From sequence record OQ427096.1: a stretch of DNA of 32,000 nt; one strand, written 5' to 3'. Both the position numbers and the translations under genes were made by a program. The first letter of the stretch is position 1. Each line of letters opens with the position of its first letter. Source of the DNA: Xanthomonas phage X1. This document shows, piece by piece, positions 16,568 to 24,384 of the stretch. The notes below the pieces were generated by a model that did no database searches, had not been told where the DNA came from, and worked only from the letters and a program-made list of their open reading frames with translations.

Positions 16568-17881
16568 ATGACAGATAACTACAACGGAAACGAACTCCAC
16601 TACATCGCAAGCGGAACGTCTTTCATGTACATCAACTCACTCCGTCGAGATGGCGGAGTGAATGATGAAACGATTGATTGGGTACGCAACATGTTCGTAG
16701 GAGCAGATCGTGGACCTAACAAATTCGGCATGCTGTTCAACGCGTTCACTGAATCGACCTTCGGTAAGGTGTTCAAGGAGAACTATGCTGACGTAATGTG
16801 CGACATTCACGCAGACTCAGGTGGTCTACAGATGGTGTCGCTTGGCAAGGTTGCTGATGATGCAGCTAAGCGCAAGATCTACAAGACTCAGGCTGATTAC
16901 AGCACTGTGGCAATGTCGTTCGACGAAATCCCTGTCTCGCAGATCTTTGATCCGTATGCTGGACGTGGTGCAATGTCGGCGACGCGTAAGAAGGTCTTCG
17001 ATCGCTCTCAGCTGAAAGCTAAGGCAATTGAATCAGGAAAGAATCTACGTGAACAGCTTGAATACTTTGCGGAAGTCGGGACGATCGCTAAGCCTATGCT
17101 TATTGCTCAAGGCAATTGTCCAGAGACCTATTATGACTGGGTTGAGTACGTCCAGGATCAGATCCCTCATGAGCTCATGGACAATATCGCAGGCGTTGCA
17201 GTCGCAACCTCGACGCTTGGTCCTGGAGATCTAGAGAACTACGAATCGGCGTTTGTTGCTTCGCAGATGAATTTCCGTTTTGACTGCAAGCAAATCCACT
17301 TCCTGGGTGTTGGTTCGTTTGATCGTCTTGCTCCTGTTCTGGCACTAGCTAAGTCAGGCGTCTACAAGAACAAGATCATCAGCTACGACAGCACTACTCA
17401 CACAGGTGGGCTTGCTCGTTCACGATTCTACACACGACGTCCTGACGGCACCTATGTTGGAACTCGTCTGTTGCAATCGGATGGATATCGCCCCCGTGAT
17501 TATCAGTTCATGATGGATCACATTGGCAAGTTCAACATCGGCTTCGATGATCCGGAATCGCTCTACAAGTATTTCATCACTTGCCCGAGCTATTCTGCCG
17601 TTGAGGCAATTGGTGAGTCGCACAATCGACCATTCATTCCAAAGACAAAGATTGCTCTGTTCCGATATTCGTACGATAACTTCATCACACAGATTGAAGA
17701 GTACATGGATTCGGACGGATACATGAAGGGCATTCGTAAGGCGCACCAGCATCCTATCGCAGGTCTTGCTGAATGTCGCACTCGTTCCGACTTCAATGTC
17801 TGGCACTCGACGTTCAAGAACGTGTTGAAGTCGGACAGAGTTCGATCGAAGCAACAGAGCCTCGAAGAGCTTTTCGGTTAA
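16568..17881 (+). CDS. dpdA: DpdA / tRNA-guanine transglycosylase-like protein, likely inserts 7-deazaguanine bases into DNA
   Basis: IHADSGGLQMVSLG (TGT DSGGFQ-like), SFDEIPV, HFLGVGS; located with folE/queD/queE-like genes. Confidence 0.82.
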   Translation: MTDNYNGNELHYIASGTSFMYINSLRRDGGVNDETIDWVRNMFVGADRGPNKFGMLFNAFTESTFGKVFKENYADVMCDIHADSGGLQMVSLGKVADDAAKRKIYKTQADYSTVAMSFDEIPVSQIFDPYAGRGAMSATRKKVFDRSQLKAKAIESGKNLREQLEYFAEVGTIAKPMLIAQGNCPETYYDWVEYVQDQIPHELMDNIAGVAVATSTLGPGDLENYESAFVASQMNFRFDCKQIHFLGVGSFDRLAPVLALAKSGVYKNKIISYDSTTHTGGLARSRFYTRRPDGTYVGTRLLQSDGYRPRDYQFMMDHIGKFNIGFDDPESLYKYFITCPSYSAVEAIGESHNRPFIPKTKIALFRYSYDNFITQIEEYMDSDGYMKGIRKAHQHPIAGLAECRTRSDFNVWHSTFKNVLKSDRVRSKQQSLEELFG

Positions 17882-17885
17882 AGAC

Positions 17886-17919
17886 ATAGCATCCGTTGAT
17901 TCACCGTCACGGATGCTAT
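17886..17919. repeat. Perfect 11-bp hairpin in the dpdA-queD intergenic gap
   Basis: ATAGCATCCGT (17886-17896), 12-nt loop TGATTCACCGTC, ACGGATGCTAT (17909-17919). Confidence 0.75.
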
Positions 17920-17924
17920 ATCAT
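17896..17924 (+). promoter_or_regulatory. Candidate sigma70-like promoter upstream of queD
   Basis: TTGATT (17896-17901), 17 nt, TATCAT (17919-17924), overlapping the hairpin. Confidence 0.35.
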
Positions 17925-17951
17925 AGTTGGACCATTTAGGAGAACCATTAG

Positions 17952-18323
17952 ATGAAAAAGATTTGGGTAACATTCCGGAAGGCAGGCTTTCACCGCTACC
18001 CAGCAGCCGGCACCCAAGGACTCGAAGACGTCGCGTACCTTGCACACCCTCACCGCCACCTGTTCCACTTCAAGGTAGCCATTGAGGTCTTCCATGACGA
18101 TCGTGAGATCGAGTTCCACCAGTTCCTCAACTTCTTGGAAGAGGCTGTTGCACTCAACGGTCTTGATTACAAGTCGTGTGAGATGATTGCAGATGATATT
18201 GCAAAGATTGTTGCTTTGAAGTATCCTGCACTCTACCGAACCCTTGAGGTTGAAGTTTCGGAAGATGGCGAGTGCGGTGTTCATGCAATCTATGGCATCA
18301 GCAATGGCGAGGTATTCGGCTAA
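17952..18323 (+). CDS. queD: Divergent QueD/PTPS-like (6-carboxytetrahydropterin synthase family) protein
   Basis: FHRYPAA, HPHRHLFHFKVAIEV, SCEMIADDI and VEVSEDGECG are spaced like the QueD HRLP, HGH, SE and E motifs; ends in TAATG with the queE-like gene. Confidence 0.65.
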   Translation: MKKIWVTFRKAGFHRYPAAGTQGLEDVAYLAHPHRHLFHFKVAIEVFHDDREIEFHQFLNFLEEAVALNGLDYKSCEMIADDIAKIVALKYPALYRTLEVEVSEDGECGVHAIYGISNGEVFG

Positions 18324-19216
18324 TGGCACTGTTCGAAGTATCGGAAATCTTCAGCTCGTTGGAGGGTGAGGCACAATTCACCTTCCATCCGACCACCTAC
18401 ATTCGTTTTGCACGATGCAACTTCTCTTGTCCGTTGTTCAACAACCCTGAGAAGCTGATTGATGCAAAGGGCTACGCGCCTCTCGATTTCGATCCGAAGG
18501 ACTATCAACGTCTGGAAGATATTCCGCTGATTCACAAAGGCTGCGATAGTCAGTATGCAGTCAATCCGATCTTCGCGCACATGTGGAAGAAGTACGACAC
18601 GGACGCATTGATTGATGCTCTGTTCGAGGTTCTTCCTCAGGGTAAGCTCATCTACAGCACTGGTCTACCTCAGATCATCTCTTTGACTGGAGGTGAGCCT
18701 ACTTTGAAGTGGAAGTTCATTCCGGAGATTCTGTTCCATCCTCGAATGAAAGATGCACGTCACTATCTTGTTGAGACGAACTGCTCTGTTCCGTTCAAGG
18801 ACGAATTCATCAGCAACATCTACGAGTGGCTTGCACAAGACTCGCGCCGCATTTGGACATGGAGCAATTCTCCGAAGATCTCGTCCAGTGGTGAGGATCG
18901 TAAGCAAGCGATTCGCCCTGAGATTGCTCTTATGCAGCACGTTTTGACGCACAACTTCCCGGGGCGTGTCAATCAGTATTTCAAGTTCGTCGTTGATGGA
19001 TCTGAGGCTGATTACGCTGAGGTGAAGGAAGTGATGGAAATCTACTACGCTGCTGGTCTGCCTCGAACTGTTCCGATCTGGATCATGCCTCAGGCTTGCA
19101 CTGACGAACAGCAGAAGGTCACCGCACGCGGAATTGCAAAGCGATGCATTGATGAAGGTTGGTTGTACTCGCACCGTGTGCAGAACGATCTCTGGGGCAA
19201 TGGCGTTGGCACCTAA
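18323..19216 (+). CDS. queE: QueE-like radical SAM protein (7-carboxy-7-deazaguanine synthase family)
   Basis: MALFEVSEIFSSLEGEAQFTFHPTTYIRFARCNFSC, GCDSQYAV, SLTGGEPTLKW, VETNCS; non-canonical Cys spacing. Start at ATG 18323. Confidence 0.85.
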   Translation: MALFEVSEIFSSLEGEAQFTFHPTTYIRFARCNFSCPLFNNPEKLIDAKGYAPLDFDPKDYQRLEDIPLIHKGCDSQYAVNPIFAHMWKKYDTDALIDALFEVLPQGKLIYSTGLPQIISLTGGEPTLKWKFIPEILFHPRMKDARHYLVETNCSVPFKDEFISNIYEWLAQDSRRIWTWSNSPKISSSGEDRKQAIRPEIALMQHVLTHNFPGRVNQYFKFVVDGSEADYAEVKEVMEIYYAAGLPRTVPIWIMPQACTDEQQKVTARGIAKRCIDEGWLYSHRVQNDLWGNGVGT

Positions 19217-19217
19217 G

Positions 19218-19343
19218 ATGCTAACGTATCACGAATGGATGGTTGCCCACAAATACTGGGGCAACTATCACGCCGAGTATGGCAAATACTGTGCTAAGTG
19301 GAGAAGAGATAATGAAGATCAGAATCGAATGGACAAGCGATAG
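19218..19343 (+). CDS. Small hypothetical protein (41 aa)
   Basis: MLTYHEWMVAHKYWGNYHAEYGKYCAKWRRDNEDQNRMDKR; fills the gap after queE. Confidence 0.45.
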   Translation: MLTYHEWMVAHKYWGNYHAEYGKYCAKWRRDNEDQNRMDKR

Positions 19344-19521
19344 CAGTGATTGCGAAACCTGTGGTTGTAACTTTGCCGACGGTGCGAACGTCTACATTGA
19401 TGAAGTCCTTGCACTAGAGTTCATTCCTATTGCTCACTGCTACGATGGAGACGATTTCACTCGTGATTACGTGTATGCGCAAATTCTTAAGCATCTTGGG
19501 CATGAGGTCATCGAGGGATGA
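19312..19521 (+). CDS. Small hypothetical protein (69 aa)
   Basis: ATG 19312 after AGAAGAG; MKIRIEWTSDSSDCETCGCNFADG...; ATGA overlap with the next gene. Confidence 0.6.
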   Translation: MKIRIEWTSDSSDCETCGCNFADGANVYIDEVLALEFIPIAHCYDGDDFTRDYVYAQILKHLGHEVIEG

Positions 19522-19712
19522 ACGAGATTCCGATCTCAGCTGCGCAACACGTAGCGAAGAAGTATGGTTTCGACCAGATCATAATTATTGGACGTAAGGT
19601 CGGCTCCCACGAGCACGTCACGACTTACGGCGTTGACAAAGAGAACTGCGACGCAGCAGCTCTTGCAGGTGATCATTTGAAATACAACGTGATGGGTTGG
19701 CCAAGACCATGA
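19518..19712 (+). CDS. Small hypothetical protein (64 aa)
   Basis: MNEIPISAAQHVAKKYGFDQIIIIGRKVGSHEHVTTYG... Confidence 0.65.
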   Translation: MNEIPISAAQHVAKKYGFDQIIIIGRKVGSHEHVTTYGVDKENCDAAALAGDHLKYNVMGWPRP

Positions 19713-19888
19713 ACGATGAGAATCGTTGGACTGTGTCTGGCAACTGGTATCATTGGAAGTGGCGGCGCCTAGCGTTCGCCCCGACCTGTTGGGACAAAGG
19801 CATCGGAGATTCCGATGGCGAGTGGTTCTACATTGGTATGGGCTTCTACTTCCTCATCGTCGACCTAAGACAAGGAGGATTACTATGA
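19709..19888 (+). CDS. Small hypothetical protein (59 aa)
   Basis: ATG 19709 overlapping the previous stop (ATGA); MNDENRWTVSGNWYHWKWRRLAFAP... Confidence 0.55.
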   Translation: MNDENRWTVSGNWYHWKWRRLAFAPTCWDKGIGDSDGEWFYIGMGFYFLIVDLRQGGLL

Positions 19889-20292
19889 AACTATTTCGTA
19901 AGAGCTATGATGGCGGCGGAGATTCCGGCGTCACAGGCTATTGGTTGATTGAGTGCAAGTCTTTGTTCTCAATCGTATTGCTTCACTTTGAAGGCAAGAG
20001 TCGCGAGGCATTCCATTCTCACGCATTCAATGCTCTGACTTGGTGGCTCAAGGGAGCCGTAACCGAGGAGATGAAGGATGGTCGAATCAGAACTTGGTGG
20101 CCTTCTTGGAAACCAAAGTGGACGCCGAAGAACTGCTTCCACAAGATTCATGCTGATCCTAAAGGCGCCTGGGCACTAAGCATTCGTGGTCCATGGGATG
20201 CAACCTGGTTTGAATCTAAGAACGGTGAAACCTATGAATTAGGTCATGGTCGTGTCAGAATTAATGGTCTAGTTGAGCAGGATTCCGAATGA
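19885..20292 (+). CDS. Hypothetical protein (135 aa)
   Basis: ATG 19885 preceded by AAGGAGG; overlaps the gp41 start. Confidence 0.65.
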   Translation: MKLFRKSYDGGGDSGVTGYWLIECKSLFSIVLLHFEGKSREAFHSHAFNALTWWLKGAVTEEMKDGRIRTWWPSWKPKWTPKNCFHKIHADPKGAWALSIRGPWDATWFESKNGETYELGHGRVRINGLVEQDSE

Positions 20293-21692
20293 GTGAAGTA
20301 ACAAATGAGCGCCTTGTTCTCTCGGCGCTGGTAAAGAATGAAGAGTATATGCGCAAGATTCTTCCCTTCGTAAAGGAAGAATACTTTGAGGACGAGTCGG
20401 AGAAGCGCGTCTTCAAGATGATCAATGCCTACGCGGGCAAGTACAATGAGATGCCCGACAAATCGACTCTGATGGTTGAGGCAAAGAATGATCGCAGTCT
20501 TGATGAAGGTCGTAGTGCTCGAGTAATTGAAACAGTCGCAGACGTTTTCAGCATCATCCCTAGCCAGAACTTCGATTGGTTGAAGCAGATCACGGAAACC
20601 TGGTGTCAGGAACGAGCAGTCTACAATGCTCTGCAGGAAGGCATCGCAGTCTATCAGGGTGAGAACACAAAGCTCTCGATTGCAGCGATTCCAGACATCC
20701 TTGCAAAGGCGATCAGTGTCACGTTCAACACACAGGTTGGTCAAGACTACTTCGATGACGCTCAGCTGCGATGGGACTTCTACACCAATCCTGAGTCGAA
20801 GGTTCCGTTCCGAATTGATACGTTCAATGAGATCACTTCGGGTGGTCTGACTCGCAAGACGCTGAACCTGTTCGTTGCAGGTACCAACGTTGGTAAGTCT
20901 CTGGCACTGGTCAGCCTGGCTGCGGATTACATTCGCGATGGCCTGAACGTGCTCTATGTGTCTTGCGAAATGCGAGAGGAAGTTGTGTTCCAGCGAGTGG
21001 ACGCGAACATCCTCGGCATGGATATGAACAAGATCACTGACATTGGTCAGGAGAAGTTCCTCAATCGCATCGAGTCTCTGAAATCGAAGTCGTACGGCAA
21101 GCTGAAGGTCAAGGAGTTCCCACCGACCTCAGCATCAACGTTGAACATTCGACAGACGCTCGACGAACTGAAGATGAAGCAAAACTTCATCCCAGACGTA
21201 ATCATTGTTGACTACCTGCAGATTCTCGCATCGTATCGTTTGGCTTATTCGGTTGGCTCCTACTACTTCTTCAAGTCGGTGGCAGAAGAGCTTCGTGCTC
21301 TGGCTGTTGAGACCAACACCGTTGTGTGGTCGGCTGCGCAGTTTAACCGTGGACAGATGAACGCGACGGACGTTGACATGAGCGGTATCGCAGAGTCGGC
21401 TGGTATCGCTCACACGGCTGACGGTATGTGGGCAATGATCAGAACGGATGAACTGGATCAGGTGAATCAGCTTTTGATCAAGCAGCTGAAATCTCGATAT
21501 GCGAACAAGTCGATCAAGACCACGTTCACAATCGGTGTCAAGATCGAGCATCAGACACTCTATGGTCTGGACGATGACAGGTCAGGTGAGTTCACTCAAA
21601 TGGACTCGAAGATTGTCACAGACCAGAACTCGCTGAAGGACAAGTTCCAAAGCGCCAATGGCGGAAGCAAATTCCAAGGATTTGAAGTGTGA
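20289..21692 (+). CDS. 41: Replicative DNA helicase (gp41-like, DnaB family)
   Basis: NLFVAGTNVGKSLALVSLA, VLYVSCEM, DVIIVDYLQIL, WSAAQFNR, KSRYANKS. Confidence 0.94.
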   Translation: MSEVTNERLVLSALVKNEEYMRKILPFVKEEYFEDESEKRVFKMINAYAGKYNEMPDKSTLMVEAKNDRSLDEGRSARVIETVADVFSIIPSQNFDWLKQITETWCQERAVYNALQEGIAVYQGENTKLSIAAIPDILAKAISVTFNTQVGQDYFDDAQLRWDFYTNPESKVPFRIDTFNEITSGGLTRKTLNLFVAGTNVGKSLALVSLAADYIRDGLNVLYVSCEMREEVVFQRVDANILGMDMNKITDIGQEKFLNRIESLKSKSYGKLKVKEFPPTSASTLNIRQTLDELKMKQNFIPDVIIVDYLQILASYRLAYSVGSYYFFKSVAEELRALAVETNTVVWSAAQFNRGQMNATDVDMSGIAESAGIAHTADGMWAMIRTDELDQVNQLLIKQLKSRYANKSIKTTFTIGVKIEHQTLYGLDDDRSGEFTQMDSKIVTDQNSLKDKFQSANGGSKFQGFEV

Positions 21693-21940
21693 TGAAAGAC
21701 ATTTGGCCAGAACTAGTCAAGGAATACGAGCCTCTCATTGGGGCTCTGTATCGCTGTAATGAACACACCTACACCTTCTTCGGATTGGTGCACGGTGGTG
21801 ACGACTATTACTATGGCATGTGGCAACATGGAACAGGCAAGTGTGAGCTCTTGTCCTGTGTCGGTGCGCCCGAATCCTTCGGATACTTCCGAACACGAAA
21901 CGCGACGAGACACAACCGAGTCGGCTACGCTGAAATCTGA
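21692..21940 (+). CDS. Small hypothetical protein (82 aa)
   Basis: MKDIWPELVKEYEPLIGALYRCNEHTYTFFG...; ATG overlaps the gp41 stop. Confidence 0.55.
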   Translation: MKDIWPELVKEYEPLIGALYRCNEHTYTFFGLVHGGDDYYYGMWQHGTGKCELLSCVGAPESFGYFRTRNATRHNRVGYAEI

Positions 21941-21975
21941 GCCGACCGCAGTCCTATGTCCGCCAGACTGGCCCA

Positions 21976-21987
21976 GCTTTTAAAAGC
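21976..21987. repeat. Perfect 12-bp palindrome GCTTTTAAAAGC
   Basis: Read directly in the convergent intergenic region. Confidence 0.8.
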
Positions 21988-21994
21988 GTATCCA

Positions 21995-22014
21995 GTAAGT
22001 TCCTGATTCTGTTG
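21995..22014 (+). repeat. Copy A of a ~20-bp element (GTAAGTTCCTGATTCTGTTG)
   Basis: 18/20 identical to 23248-23267, same orientation. Confidence 0.8.
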
Positions 22015-22046
22015 ATATTCTTGACGGGAAGCCCTGCTCAGAACCA

Positions 22047-22067
22047 CCAATAGAATCAGACACTTAC
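22047..22067 (-). repeat. Copy B of the element, inverted (CCAATAGAATCAGACACTTAC)
   Basis: Reverse complement of 23248-23268 with one mismatch; 16-bp perfect core 22052-22067. Confidence 0.85.
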
Positions 22068-22111
22068 AAGCCTAGTACTGCTAAGGGGTGTGCCAGGCTC
22101 GAGCCAGATGA

Positions 22112-22152
22112 CCACTCAAGGTGACACCCCGGTTTCCCGGGGTGTCGAGTGG
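22112..22152. terminator. Strong extended hairpin between convergent genes, possible bidirectional terminator (no clear T tract)
   Basis: GACACCCCGG (22123-22132), TTTC loop, CCGGGGTGTC (22137-22146); outer arms CCACTC (22112-22117) and GAGTGG (22147-22152). Confidence 0.55.
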
Positions 22153-22179
22153 CCTGCATTGTCAGATGTCAGTCCACTA

Positions 22180-23169
22180 TCAGAAGCCCTTGATCAGGGT
22201 CGTGTCCGCCATGTCCTTCCAGTCAGCGGCAGAGGTCTTCATGAAACCGGCGAGCTGGTTCACCGTACGGATCGAGACCGACCGCAGGCTCATCAAGTTG
22301 TCGTTCATCCACTTGACGCACTGGTCAACCTGCTTCTGATCCAGACCGAGGTCTGCACCCAGGGTCGATTCCTTGAGGACCTGCTCGACACGAACCATGA
22401 TGGCCTTCGGGTTATGGATGCACAGGTCCAGGAAGATCGACCGACTCATGAGAGCCAGAATGTGCGGAGCCAGTCGACCTTGCTTGGCGACGATGCGATC
22501 CAGGTCGAGGTTGGTGATGAAGACGATCTGGCCTTCGTACTGGAATCGGTTCGGGATATCGCTGTCTGCGAGGTACTTCGATGCCTTCGACCAGCTGATG
22601 GTCCGAACCGCACTCGTATCCAGCGCCGCCTTCAGAATGTTCAATGCTTCTTCGTCGTAGAACACGCGATCCACGTCGTCGAGCAGCAGCACCTGGCCCT
22701 TACCTCGGTTCTTGTAGAGCGTCTCGTAGAGACCGACGGCGCTGATCGTGCCCTTGGTCGAGTCGTAGGACTTGATCTTCTTGGTGCGCTCTGCTTCTTC
22801 CAACTGGCGCTCCAAAGTGAAGGTCTTACCGACACCTGCCGAACCCGACACGATCAACGAACGAATGTTGCCGTTGACCATGCCCTGCCCGAGCTTCTCG
22901 AGCATGTTGAAGCGCTTGCGGATCATCGCAGCATCGACAGGCTTCTCAGGAACCTCGACGGCGCTGTCATCGTCATCGTCGTCATCCGAAGCAGTTGCCT
23001 GAGCCAAGCCGGCTGCCGTAATTGCCCAAAGGCCACGACCGATCTTTTCCAGCTCGCCCTCTTTAGCGCGCTTCAAATACTCTCGGTTGAACTGACCAAG
23101 TTGGCCCGTCGTGACGGTGTCGCCAAACTTCATTCTCAGTTCTTTCTTCATCGTAGCGGTGGTGCTCAT
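22180..23169 (-). CDS. AAA+ ATPase of unknown function, lone minus-strand gene
   Basis: IVSGSAGVGKTFTLE Walker A, GQVLLLDDVDRVF Walker B, GQIVFITNLD sensor 1-like. Start at 23169 has AAGGA upstream (track start 23304 is far upstream). Confidence 0.85.
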   Translation of the reverse strand: MSTTATMKKELRMKFGDTVTTGQLGQFNREYLKRAKEGELEKIGRGLWAITAAGLAQATASDDDDDDDSAVEVPEKPVDAAMIRKRFNMLEKLGQGMVNGNIRSLIVSGSAGVGKTFTLERQLEEAERTKKIKSYDSTKGTISAVGLYETLYKNRGKGQVLLLDDVDRVFYDEEALNILKAALDTSAVRTISWSKASKYLADSDIPNRFQYEGQIVFITNLDLDRIVAKQGRLAPHILALMSRSIFLDLCIHNPKAIMVRVEQVLKESTLGADLGLDQKQVDQCVKWMNDNLMSLRSVSIRTVNQLAGFMKTSAADWKDMADTTLIKGF

Positions 23170-23214
23170 GATCCAGTTCCTTAAAGTGGTTTTGCCTGAC
23201 ATCTGACAACCACA

Positions 23215-23220
23215 ATTATA
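23215..23220 (-). promoter_or_regulatory. Candidate -10 element (TATAAT) for the minus-strand AAA+ gene
   Basis: ATTATA on the plus strand, about 45 nt upstream of the start at 23169; -35 weak. Confidence 0.4.
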
Positions 23221-23247
23221 CGGATTTCTTCCCCAGGAACAACCTAC

Positions 23248-23268
23248 GTAAGTGTCTGATTCTGTTGG
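23248..23268 (+). repeat. Copy C of the element (GTAAGTGTCTGATTCTGTTGG)
   Basis: Inverted partner of 22047-22067, near-identical direct copy of 21995-22014. Confidence 0.85.
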
Positions 23269-23316
23269 AAAAGCCAAAGCTACCAAGGATTCTTCGGTAC
23301 ACAATCGAAGGATTCT

Positions 23317-24384
23317 GTGCCGTTCTGGCTCGATCCACTAGAATTGGACGACATAAAAGTGAGGCAATTCGTCATGGGTGGCAATGCAGTTTTCAATGAT
23401 CTTTCGGCTCATCCGGTCTCTATCGTCTGTCAAGACAGCAGGGATTTCTGGAGAGCAAAAATTGAGCATCTCATGCTCACAATCAACCACGTCGCACGTC
23501 GAACCCTCTGGGATATGAGTGCAGGCGCTAAGCCTTATCTTGCAGGCTCAACCAAGTTCATCTTCGATGACTTCATCCCTACAGCTGAGCTTGTCAAGTA
23601 CAAGAATTCCTTCGGTGACATTGACATTCAAATTGATGTTGAGAAGGGAGCCGACTTGATGTCTGTCCTCAATCTTATTAGCGCAAATGAATGTGCAAAT
23701 GAGTTCCAGATTGTTGGTTGGCAGCACACGGTAGACACAATCGTGACCATGTGGTACGATGAAGATGTGCAGCAGACGTTCCAAGTTGATTTTGAGCTCG
23801 TCGAATTTGCAAACGACCGCCCTACGAACTGGTCGAGGTTCAGTCGATCGAGCTCTTGGGAAGACACCTGCGCCGGAATCAAGGGTTTCGCTCACAAGTA
23901 TATCTTCCGGGCGATCACTGCTATCTGGCTCAGAGAAGCACAGGTTCAACTCAAGACAAAGTTCGTCACAAAAAATATCAGCCCTATCGTGTTCAGTCCG
24001 AAGGGTGCTCGAGTGAAGTGGCGAGAGATTCGTCCGGACGTCTGGCAAGAGATTCCTATGGACGAGGAAGCTCTAATCAAGAACGTCGAAGACCTGTTCA
24101 AGCTATTCTTCAAGGTCAAGCCAGATGCCGAGTCAACCTGTGAGATGTATTCTTATCAGGGTGTCGTCAATCTGATCCTCACCTGGATTGACAAGGAAGA
24201 TCATCTTAAGATCGCCGCAGGTATGCGCAATCTTCTTTGGGGTCCGTATGCTCAGAAGCTGTACCGAGACAATCCTGCACGAGACTTCTATGAAAAGGGT
24301 CAGGCTTATTTGTATCTGACAGAGACTCTGGGAATCCCGGTCGAGCCCTTCTTCGGATCGGAGAAATACTATGAGACGTATTGA
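23317..24384 (+). CDS. Putative nucleotidyltransferase-fold protein
   Basis: YLAGSTKFIF ... FGDIDIQIDV ... FQVDFELV resembles the GS-DxD-D pattern of the NTase superfamily. Confidence 0.6.
   Translation: MPFWLDPLELDDIKVRQFVMGGNAVFNDLSAHPVSIVCQDSRDFWRAKIEHLMLTINHVARRTLWDMSAGAKPYLAGSTKFIFDDFIPTAELVKYKNSFGDIDIQIDVEKGADLMSVLNLISANECANEFQIVGWQHTVDTIVTMWYDEDVQQTFQVDFELVEFANDRPTNWSRFSRSSSWEDTCAGIKGFAHKYIFRAITAIWLREAQVQLKTKFVTKNISPIVFSPKGARVKWREIRPDVWQEIPMDEEALIKNVEDLFKLFFKVKPDAESTCEMYSYQGVVNLILTWIDKEDHLKIAAGMRNLLWGPYAQKLYRDNPARDFYEKGQAYLYLTETLGIPVEPFFGSEKYYETY

Noticed and set aside
21941-22122. Possible tRNA gene in the intergenic region
   Set aside because: I could not fold a cloverleaf with T-loop GTTCRA and matching acceptor stem; the structure present is simple hairpins.
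22090-23184. 364-aa plus-strand open frame
   Set aside because: Antisense to the AAA+ ATPase, whose Walker motifs are clear on the minus strand; the plus-strand translation has no domain signature.
23170-23304. N-terminal 45 codons of the track AAA+ ORF (MCTEESLVALAFPTESD...)
   Set aside because: A TATAAT-like element and AAGGA ribosome-binding site favour a start at 23169, and this stretch includes inverted repeat copy C.
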